Positions 36,301 through 47,280 of a DNA stretch of 64,000 nucleotides are shown in pieces. Position 1 is the stretch's first letter; the number at the start of each line of letters is the position of its first letter. Made by a program: the position numbers and the translations under genes. The stretch lies in NCBI GenBank assembly GCA_047967505.1, contig CM106538.1; one strand, 5' to 3'. Source of the DNA: Dipteris shenzhenensis (taxonomy: Eukaryota). The notes under the pieces were generated by a model. That model had not been told where the DNA came from. It made no database searches and worked only from the letters and a program-made list of their open reading frames with translations.

Positions 36301-38807
36301 ACAACATCATCAAATTTCAGTACTCCACTAGGTGCAGAGTTACTGACAGCTGTACGGAAGGTATCCCATGAGGATGGCAATGAACATAAGAGAAATATTG
36401 CCTTAGTCTCCGCATCAAAATTCATCTTCTGAGCCTGAAGCTGGCTGAAAATAATATTGAATTCATTCAAGTGAGAAGCAATGGAGACCCCTTCCTTCAT
36501 CTGTAGCTCAAACAACCTCTTCATGAGGTAAACTTTATTAGACGCAGTTTCCTTTTCATAAGTGGCACACAGTTTCTTCCACAAATCTTTCGTAGTCTGC
36601 TCATTTACTACTGTGAAATAAACTGACTCTGCAAGATGAAGTCTAATAGTAGATTTTGCTAATGCATCCAACTCATTCCAATCATCCTCAGGCATATTTG
36701 TAGGCTTAGCTTCAATCCCTGCCAAGGGTTTAATCTACTTCTTTTGAATAAGCACATCCCTTATTTGTTCTTTCCACAAGAAAAGTTTGTCCCATTAAAC
36801 TTTTTAATGCTGAAAAACTCCTTTTCAAACATGGAAGAGGATGCCATGATGCAAATAAAGCAAAATCCCAAATGCTAGTGCCTATAAGAGAGAATCACAC
36901 CAAATACCAGGTGCACCCAAATGTGTATGCCACAATAGAGTGAAATATCACCAAAACTCAAAGCTCAAAGCATCAAAAGATGCATTTGACTCATGTGCAT
37001 ATACTATGCATCCATATGAGCAAATCTGGCCCAAAAGAAAATGCCAACTGCAATGGCAATCCAAAATGCCAATAAGTGCCAAATGACTCAAGCATAAACA
37101 CCGTCCACTAGCATATGCATCAATAATATCTCATCCAAGAGAGCATAGCACTATCAGTGCATCACCTGCAATGTGTCAAAGCTGTCCCTCAGCATAAAAT
37201 AGCATCCATGTGCAAAGCGTCCATAAAAAAAATAGCATCCCATAAGGCAATTCGGGCCCATCAGCGCATCCAATAAGGACCGCAATGCATCCAAATGACC
37301 TATAAATCATCCACTGCAACCCAATGCACAACAGGAATGAGCGCACACTACTCACTACAACCAGAGTGATCTACATAAGGTATGCTCAAGAAATCATGGT
37401 CCCACAGTAATGACCGCTACTGAAAATAGAACCTGAGATGCCTCAAAACATGGGCACCATTGCATAATCGAACTCAGCAAGAAAATCTGCAAATATCTCT
37501 CTTTTGCCGAAACTCCAAAATCCCAACCGATGAGTGAGAAATGGGAGTCAACACTTATCCATTGCCATGTGGCATAAATCTAAGGTTTCAAAACCTTAGA
37601 ATGAAAAATGCATAACAGAGAGACAAAATCGAATACACAGAGATCTATAACTCTGAAAATACTCCATCAAATCGCGCAAGAACTAATAGGTAGGGGTTTT
37701 TGGGCATCCGGAACGCAACGGGATAGACGGTTTTGGAAACTGTGGTCTCAATCACTGGGTCCAACACACGGGCTGAAAAAAGTTTTTTGAAATAGAGCTG
37801 TTTGTAAACTCCATCGGAGTGCGAATTATGAGCAACATAGAAGTTTTAGGACCTCCTGAGTCCACCGGAATTGACAGATCTGCAAATGGTTGCTCCAAAC
37901 TTGAGTTCCAACACCTAGGCAGAAAAAGGCAGAAATTGACTCAGTGAGTCAGAAATCCAATGAAATGATCCCAGATTCAAGAATGAAGGTGTTTCCAAGC
38001 TCCTGAAGTGAAGTGGACACTAAAAGCAAGCAATAGTTGCCTCTACAAGTTAATACGAAGTCTCTGTCATCAAACGGAACAGGGAAAAGCTCAAAAAACG
38101 ACTTTTTCTTTGAAAACACTTAACAGGCTCTCAAAACCACTTTGCAAAGCCAAAGTGACTTTTCCAAAGATTTCTCCAAGGTCTCTGCACACTCGGATGC
38201 AAGTAAAGTCACCCACAAAGCTTCCCACAGAGCTTCTCCTTCCTCCCACAAAGCTGCTGACTTCAAGCATTCACGCACGCTCAGCTAGATCACCCAGGCT
38301 CTAATACCAGTTGAGAGTGCTCTCAATGGAAGCAAGAACAGAAGAGGGAGAGAGAGAAACAGAGAGCCACACATGTTTTGGTGGGTGTAGAACCACCCTA
38401 ATCTTCTTTTTCATTAATTTATATATGTGTTTGAGTATTGTACATAACCGGGGTAAAGGCACAGTGACCTTTAACCCCCACAGTAAGAGCATGGGAGAGG
38501 AGTAGAGAGGAGGAGGGAGGAGGAGAGGGAGGAGGATGCCTTTCCATTTAACCATAAGGCTTGGAGATACAACTAGAGCAAATGTAGTGTTTGATGGTGA
38601 ATCAAAGGGGACCTGATTTATGACTTGAACTATTTGGCTCTAAGAGTTGTGGGGAGGAGGGCTTATTAGGGGCAAGATCAACCTCAAAATGTGATTAGTG
38701 CAAGGGGGGAAAAGGGTGGGGATTTTTGGGATCCCAAAGGGCAAGGTTTTGGGGGGGAAATTGAAGTAAGAAAGCATTCTCCTATTATGCTATGCTCCGT
38801 TCCACCA
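30339..38807 (-). mobile_element. Degenerate Athila-like Ty3/gypsy: 5' LTR from 33314 (interrupted by copia C; far end approximate), PBS, long leader, gag
   Basis: PBS TGGCACTGTTGCCGAGGA (~33294-33311) resembles the tRNA-Asp type TGGCGCCGTTGCCGGGGA; gag remnants (AWFIASLRKKI, WCPHCMANHITNEC). Confidence 0.65.
33790..38482 (-). mobile_element. Ty1/copia copy C, both LTRs present, internal deletion of most of integrase and the RT start
   Basis: 171-bp LTRs 33790-33960 and 38312-38482 (7 differences by eye); TSD GTAAG; PBS 38298-38309; PPT 33961-33969; gag, PR, HHCC and LVHSDVCGP; deletion junction near 35165; RT/RNase H ORF 34014-35174. Same family as A/B. Confidence 0.97.
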
Positions 38808-41800
38808 CCAAGAATCTAATCTACTCTTCTTCTCCATCTTCTCCAAGGCTGCTCAATTTATCTAAGGTTCTATTCTATCCTCTCTAAGGCCTTTTTATCC
38901 TCTCCACAATCTTGTCTATAAGCTGCTCTCTGCTCTCTTGTTGTTGTTGGTTGCCCACAACTACCTTCTTTTGGAATTGAACTCAATTTTAGGTGTTGAT
39001 GTCGTCTATGGAGATGTCATAGTAGCTAGTTTATGCTATACTTCATAAGAGTTTTGGTTTTCAACCTTGTAGATGACACCATCATTGTTTTAGATCATGA
39101 CTTTCTGCTGGTTGTTGCATGTAGACTTCCTCGTGTAGATAACCATTGAGAAAAGCATTTTTGACATTGAGCTGATACATATTTCATATGCTGAGTGTCG
39201 CTAGTGATATCAAGAACCATATGGAATCCATCTTTGCTACTGGAGCATAAATCTCATCATAATCACGACCATATTGCTGTACGAATCCTTTTGCAACTAG
39301 TCTAGCATTGCATCTTTCAATGCTTCCATTTGGATTATACTTCACTTTGTATACCCATTTGTTTGCTATGGCCTTCTTTCTTGATGGAAGGTCGCATAAT
39401 TCCCAAGTATTATTCTTGTACAAATCTTCCATTTCTTCGTTCATAGCAGTTTGCCATTTTAGCTTGTCAACTGCGTCTTTGAAGTACACTGGCCCTTCTG
39501 TAGCCATGACGGTAGTCATAAGAGCGTAATTGGTGGTTTCAACCTGAATTGCTTTGCCTTTTGGAGCATATGTCAATCTAGCTGGAGGTCTACTTTCCCT
39601 AGTAGACTGCCTGAGTTGCTATGGTTCTTCTTGGGGTGCTTCTGGCAATTCTTTGTATTCATCAACATTTTTTGTAGATGACTGTGTAATCGGTGCATCT
39701 ATCTCCTATGTATTTGAGGTTTTCCATTCTGATTCCTCATCAAAGATTACATCTCTGGAGATAATGACCTTTCGGTTGATGGGATCATACAACTTGTATG
39801 TTTTGCTTTCTTCACTGTAGCCAACCATGATGCATTTGCATGACTTTGCATTTAATTTTCTGTGATGATCATCATGTATGTGGGCATATGCTATGTAACC
39901 AAATATATGGAGATGCCCAATGGGTGGCTTGTCCTACCTTGAATTGGATCGGTAGGGAGCCAATTAAGCAAGTAGTTTGTAGTGGCTATTGCTTTTGCCC
40001 AATACTAATTCGGAAGATGCTTCTCACTGAGCATTGCTCTAGCATTGTTTGCTAAAATACCATTCTTCCTTTCAGCTCTTGCATTCTACTGAGGAGTATC
40101 TGCACAAGTGAGTTGTCTTCGAATGTCGTGACTTCTGTAAAAAGTTCATGAATGCTGAAGACATGTGAATATTCACCTCCTCTATCTAATCTCATGACTT
40201 TGATCTTTCTTCCTGTCTGATTTTCTACCATGGCTTTGAATTCTTGAAATCTGGAAAAGACTTCAGATTTGTCTTTTAGAAAGTAGACCCAACAATATTT
40301 GTTCTAGTCATCGATGAAAGTAAAGTAGTAAAGTGAAGCATTGATGCTACGGGTTTGGGCATAACCCCATACATCAGTATGTATCAAATCAAGAATACCT
40401 CATGCTCGAAAGGTGCTTCTGCCAAAGTTGGTTCACTTTTGTTTGCCAAAGCAACATGCTTCACAAACTTTTCCAAGAAACTAAAGTTTTGGAATTCCAT
40501 TTGCCATATTTTGATTCTTCAGCTCTATCACGCTTTTAAAATTAACATGTCCATATCTCTTGTGCCATTTTGCGGATAGTGGCATTTGTTGCGGTTGAGC
40601 TTACATGGCATGCAAATCTGGTACTGTTGCTAGCTTTCTGAACAAGCGTCCTTCCTTGACTGATTTTCCTACTAGCTGATATCCTCTGGATTTGTCTCTA
40701 ATAGTTCATTCATCTCCATCAAAGATGACTCGGTAGTTGTGTTCCGTCATTTGACCTACTGACAAAAGGTTCTCTCTAAGCTTCAGAACATAGAGTACAT
40801 CTTTCACCAATCCTTTTGTACTAGTGAAATTAATCATAGGGACAATGCCTTTCCCTTGAACTAGATGCGGTGTCTTATCTGTTGTGTAGATGACATTTTT
40901 CTGACCTTCTAATGGTTTCATCTTTGTCAACCATTCCTAATGCTTTGTCATATGTGATGATGCACCGCTATCGATGTACCAAGGATCTTGATCTACTAGG
41001 TTGACTTGATAGCTGAAAATCCTCTTTTGAATTGCAATTTGTGTCAAGATACACTGTATTAGTCTTCTGCATTTCCTTGCTTTTGCAAGAAACATGTTCT
41101 CAGGTTCATTTGCATAATGACTATGAGTAGAATGTCCACCACGATGATTTCCTCTTCCTTAGAAATTCCCTCAATTGCTACTGGATTGAATGCCTTGATT
41201 GTACTGCATCTTGTGGTGGCAATCTTTTTCATGGTGTCCAAACTTATTGACAGTAGTTGCACCGAATGTTTGACATGATGGTGGACGCATTCCCTCGTCC
41301 TTGGAATCATCCTCGATTGGAGTGATTTCTTCTTTGCTGATGCTAATGTTGCTGAGGATGATGATGATGCTGATTCCGACCTTGATGTTGATTTTGTTGT
41401 TGCTAATGATGACCACTTTGCTGGAATGATCTACCTCTAACTCTGCCTTTGCCTCTACTTCTATCTAAAGCTGTGAATGCTGGAATGACCTTTACGTGCA
41501 TGAATGGGTTGAGTCCTAATTTCTTTACCAAGTAAAACTGATCTTCTAGTGTCAAAATTTGCCATAAAGGACGGCAACACTCTGGACTAAATTCTCGTAT
41601 CCCTTTCCTAGTCCATTCAGGATGACTTTGAACCATTTCTGCTGGATTCATGGTCTCTCATGCTACTGCGAGTTGATTGTTGTAATCCTTGATCTTGAGT
41701 ACATAAGCATGACTGGTTTCGCTGCTGTTGTGAAAACTCTGTCCCTTTCCCAGTCCATTTAGGATGACTTGAACCATTTCTACTAGATTCATGGTCTATC

Positions 41801-42099
41801 CTGCTGCTGTGAGTTGATTGTTGTAATCCTTGATCCTAAGTACATAAGCATGACCGGTTTCGCTGCTGTTGTGGAGACTCTAGTTGATTCGTTTTCTCAA
41901 TGTGAGAATCTTGGAAGTATTCTTGGACTTCTAGGGAGCTGCAAACATATCCCATGCTTCTTTTGATTTCTTGACTGTGTTGAGCTATCCTAGCATGACA
42001 TCTTGCACATTCTACTTGATCAGATGATTTGCATACTTGTCTCACATTTATCTTGCCTCTTGCTATGTCAAGGATACATCTAGTCACATAGTTTCTCAT

Positions 42100-44438
42100 G
42101 CCATCTCATGGTGGTAACACATATCATCTCATGGTGGTCAAGGATAAATCTATGGCTAGGATCTCATGCTAGCAAAGGTGCCCAAGGGTCAAGGTTTACA
42201 AAAATGGGATAGACCAAACACATATCACATGGCCTACATCATATGGTGACCAAAGGTGATTTACAAAAGACAAAACACATAACATTCTTTTTGGAGTACT
42301 ACTCCAGGCAGGGAACCTCAAAATTTGACCAAGTGATGATAAACAAAATTTCAAAGTCAAAGTGCTCAAAAGGCATAGTCCTTGTCTTCTACCACAAAGT
42401 TTGATTCTTCATTTGTCGATGGAGTTCTCTCTTCAACTAGATTTGTCATATTTTTCTTCTTCTCATTACAAAACTTCTCTGAATGATTGTTCTTGCCACA
42501 ATAAGTGCAAGGGTTGATTTTATAACAATCCTTCTCAAGATGATTATTTTTCCCACAATGCTTGCATGCCTTGTACTTGCTCTTTAATGAAAACTTTACT
42601 GCAAGTGCCTCTGTGTGCACTTTACCCATTCTTGAAGTGTTCTTTCTTTCCTCCTCTTGGAAAGCACTGATAATGCACTCCAGTGTGGGTTGGGGAAGAT
42701 TCTTCAAAGTAGTCACAACATAATCATAGTCTTGAGGCATACTGTTCAAGAGCACAGTCATAGCATCATCTTCAATAACTGGAGAGTTGATTGAGGCCAT
42801 TTGTGTCATAAGACTTCTCAAAGTATTAACATGAGCTGCAACATTGTCTCCATCCATCTTAAGTTCAAAGAACCTAATTTTCAAATTCAATTTAGAAGTA
42901 TGAGAGCTAGCACCAAATAATACATCTAACTTATGCCATGACTCAAAAGGGGATTCCAAATCTGAAATGTGATGCACATAATCATCTCCCAAACCTAATG
43001 CAATTATTGCATAAGCTTTCTCTATCCTTTTAGCATCTGCAGGTGTAGTTGAAGAAGAGTCACTTGCCTTCCCTTTACCTTTGGTTGTGGCTGATTCACC
43101 TTCTTGAGATGATTGAGTCCCTGACTTGACCAAGTCCCACAAATTCTCTTTCATAAGCACAAACTTGATCTTCATTTGCCAAGTGTGTGAAAGCCTTGGC
43201 CATTGAACTTGCCAATCTTAAAGGTAGCCATGAGAGGGTCTTATCTTTATCACGCAATGTCTACTCTCTTACAAAATGACTAATCTTGTTGAAGAAAGAA
43301 ATCTCCCTCACCATATAAATGTAGATTGCTAGAGATAAACTCAGAAAAGCCTAGTTATTTAGCATATGCATACCTAGTTGGCTTCTCCCAAAGCTTTTTA
43401 GCCGGGGTCTTCTTGAACTTTATCCTTCTTGTAGTCTTCTTCAAGTGCTTAGCATTGGAAGAGCATTGAGAGCTTGGCATTTTGACAAGAGATCAATCCC
43501 AACTGAGCTTCAAACTGAAATTGCATTCTCTAAACTGTAGTTTAGCACCACTTCATACCTCAAGCATCATCTTAGCATTTACTTTAGCATCAAATTTCAA
43601 AAAATTGTAAAAAATGCTTGCAAGAAAACAGAGTTACTTGGAGGCTTGATATGTCACTCCACATAACTTCAAATTTGGGAGTTTGTGAGTTGGAATGAAG
43701 TCTTTATGTTAGAGAGTAAGCATAGCAGAGGAGGGGCGAAAAAGTGTGCCACATTGGTCACGCCAAAGTCGACTGTTCTTTTGCTAAATTCTCTATAACC
43801 ACTAGACCATATGGGCTCATATTTCACCCAGCAGTAGCAAGCTCTAGGCATTGCCTAACTTGTGCTTGAAGGGTAGGTCATTATCTGCTCTGTAGACACA
43901 CAATTTAGCTAGCAGTCAACGCATAGAGTTCGGGTTGGCATGGGCGACAGAGATAACATCATGGAGAATGCTTTGAGCCAAAGGTGCACCCTAGGGGGTC
44001 GAAGCTTCAGTTAAGAGGTTTTGGCAAATGGCGCAAGGGATGAAGAGGATGGAGCTTAGCAAATTTTGAAGAGAAAGGAAGAGAGAGCTTCAAAAATGGA
44101 GGTGGTGGAGAAGATGATCAGGTGGCACCTTCAAAGTGGATTCTCTAGAACTTATAAGCTTTGATACCAAATTAAGAGGTGAGTGGGATAGAAGAGGTGC
44201 ATAATGACACAAAGAGAGAGCTCAAGTGAGGCAAAATCAAAGTGTATTGAAATAAAGGAATTATAGAGTGGAGAGGAAGGTGTCCTAGATCATAAGCACC
44301 TCCCCTACATCAGTGGCAATAAGCCCCTACATCATAAGAACTGGCTAAATCAAAGGAACCTCCCATGTGGGGGCCTTTGTACTTACATCATCACTTATGT
44401 CATGGTCTAGACACCTCATAGCACTAGGTGTGCTTCTA

Positions 44439-44480
<42 letters not shown>

Positions 44481-44540
44481 GACTCCCCTAGATGCACACA
44501 TGCACCTTAGAGCAAGCCCTTAATGACATTTATCCCAACA
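42100..44540 (-). mobile_element. Ty1/copia E, 5' part only (LTR ~44173-44540, PBS, gag with two zinc knuckles)
   Basis: LTR starts TGTTGGG at 44540; PBS TGGTATCAAAGC ~44158-44169; gag ORF 42366-43175 with CKHCGKNNHLEKDC and CTYCGKNNHSEKFC. Confidence 0.85.
44441..44477 (+). repeat. (AC)n microsatellite in the LTR of copia E
   Basis: Direct reading. Confidence 0.95.
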
Positions 44541-45439
44541 CATTCGGTATTTCCTTGTGCCGTAATTGGAGTTGTCTAGCTTAGCAGATGCCTCTAGATT
44601 GAGGTTGCTAGTCGTAGACATGGTGCAAGAAATGCACTCAAATTGTCTGTGAAATCACTGTTTGAATCAATTGCAAAACACTGTATCAACTAAAATCTGA
44701 ACTGTCGGTGAAGATATTATTGCAATATATAATCCAATCTGTTACAAGGCTTGTGGCAAATGATGTCACAAATAGCCAAGAGGCTTTAAAAGGTTTGAAT
44801 AAAGTGAACAATGTCGGAAAATAGGCAAATAGGCTAAATGATGGCATGTGTGTGTGAAATCAAATCATGTGCTATCTGCTCTGTGATTTGTCAATCAATA
44901 TCTCTAAACACTCTGAAATCTGCTCACTAAATTGACGAACGTCAGGTTTCAGGTAATGCGATGATGCGAAATTGCATGTGAGCGCTGGGAGGACTGACTC
45001 CGAGTAGGAACTATTTTAGGAATTTTTCGGCATGGCTTCGATAAGCCGCTTTGGATTTCTCTCCGGTATGGATGATCTAATCTACTCTGAACTAGATCTA
45101 GACCAATTGTCGAGCGATGAAAAAGCAACACATAATTCATTTTCTTTGTTCGGTTGGGGTCAAATGCGTCGATGTAGAGGTTGATGTGCGTGAAGGAAGC
45201 GGATTTGTCGGCGAGGCTCAAAAGTGAGTGATACTTGCATCAAAATATGCGCGTCATGTGACGAGTCCGTAGAGCATAAAAAATTGAGCAATTTTTCTTT
45301 TTGGAGCGCCCTCAAATTCTTCGTGGATCAAGAGATACGGCTTGATCTAGGTGGAGGGGCAAAAAGGGTGCAAATGAGGTGGTAGGTGGGTTCACATGCA
45401 ATGTGAACAGTGTGCCTGTAGAGGGGTCAAAGTGCCTGG

Positions 45440-46750
45440 CAAGGGACAGTGCTGAGCTGGACACTACTGATGTGGTTGGATAGTCCACGTGGTAGCTTTG
45501 ACTTAGTCAATGATGATGTGGCACTTTGACTTGGTCAACAAATGATGTGGCACTTTGACTTGGTCAACGAATGATGTGGCATGCTAATGGGATTGTTGAT
45601 GTGTCAGACGATGATTACGTGACTTGATGACATGTCACTAGATAAGGTTGATATGGCAGGCGCTAGTTGGTGATGATGTGGACCCTATGGATACGTTGCC
45701 ACGTGTCACAAGGTAGACCTTACATGCTATGATGACATGGTCGATAGGAGGGCCACGTGTCACAATTGTGGCCAGTCCTTGGGATGGTTGGGTGACCGGC
45801 CATGTGTCACCATAGTGAGCCCCCCTTGCTGGAATCTTAGAGATGTTGTCGGAACCTCCTGGAGATTTCGTTGACGGGCATCTTTCTGTTGCAGCTACAG
45901 CTCGTCACTGGAGCTTGCCTTTGTTGCGTGTTGGAGTCCATCGGGTGAAGAAGGCTTTTCCATCAGCTGTCTGTGGAGTGGTGGAGGCTCTGGTGTACGT
46001 AGATGCTGGCCGGGTGTGTAAGCGTTGTTTGGAGGTTCGAGTTGAGGACGAAGGGTAGCGCGTGTGCTGGAGAGGCGATGCAAACCGTGGAGCCAACAGA
46101 AGTTCAAAGAGCCTGTTGCATGCAGATGGAGGTAGTCAGGCAAAAGCGGGTGGATGAGCATTAGAGGCAACTGCATGGGCTACGTGGCAGATGAGCGCCG
46201 TGGAGCGTTTGACAGTGGCTCGAGAGGCTACGTCTAGGTCACCGATGGAGGTGTGGAGTAGAGTTGTAGGAAACAAGTCGCGGGTCTTTGTATTGCAGTC
46301 CCGTTCGTTGAAGGCCCGTTGTTTTGGATCAGCCCGTTGCTTTGGACGCTGCTCGCTTGTCAGGCTTGATGGCGTGGCAGCTTTGAGCTGCTGGAGCTCG
46401 TGCAACGCCTCCCTTTATTTGACAGTCTACACACTGCTAACTAGCCCACAAATCAATGTGAACTAACATACAGTAATTGCAGGCCAGTCCCACAGTTAAT
46501 TGCAAACCAGTTGACAGCGAATAAGCATCTAGGTACATAACAAGTGGCTTCACCCACTTTGCCTTGATAAGAAAAACAACGTGTCACATATCTGTCAATA
46601 TGTTTCTTTATCTTTTGACAAAAAAAATCACGTTTTACGATTTCATGTCTTCTTGACACCTATATTTAACAGTGCAACACCAAGTCACGCCTTCATCCCC
46701 AGCTTCCACAATATCTGTCATTCCTTGGAGCTATTTATATACTCACTATG
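45440..46750 (-). mobile_element. Probable 3' end of another LTR retrotransposon (gypsy integrase zinc-finger remnant, PPT, LTR-like repeats)
   Basis: EIVKRDFFCQKIKKHIDRYVTRC resembles the H2C2 region; AAGGGGGG PPT-like tract ~45820-45827; tandem GATGTGGCACTTTGACTTGGTCAA motifs at 45495-45580. Confidence 0.4.
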
Positions 46751-47280
46751 TGGCCGCATTTAATGTCAAATACCAAACAATCGACAAGAACAAGAGGAAC
46801 AATGCCTTGTTAACACAAAAGCATATTTTGAAGAAGATGGAGGACATGTCAAAGCGACCATACGATGGTGGACTATTTGATTCAACATGTTGTCATTGTG
46901 GCAACTTTGAAAGAATGCCACGATGTGTGGTGCATGTGCCTGGTGTGTGAAAAACTTCAAACCAACCTGACCAAGGCGTGTAGAAGGCAGAAGCATATAT
47001 AAAGATGAAATATGTGCACTTAAAAATCATTTAATCAAACATCCAACATGTAATCGAACAATGAAAGGAGGATTCGAGGATCGATCCAGATGCCCCACAA
47101 CATGTAAATGGCATCAAGCCCTGGCCACTTGTAGAGATGACAGAGATGCACCCAAGCCAACGTTGGTCACTTTTCCAGATATGTGCTGTGTCACAGAATA
47201 GTATCTAGCGGTGGATGTAGCTGGCCTTGAACTGTGGCAGAAGCCTTTTGGATATATCTTGTTTTGTTACTCATAATATT

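Larger units (their letters stand above)
39060..45400 (-). mobile_element. Degenerate Ty1/copia D (gag start ~44620, protease, integrase, RT start), interrupted by copia E; ends approximate
   Basis: MSTTSNLNLEASAKLDNSNYGTRKYRM (44620-44541) resumes as MRNY at 42099; WYIDSGASSHM ~40950-40985; DRGGEY-like and TPQ*NA integrase remnants; WELCDLP...ARLVAKGF. Confidence 0.8.
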
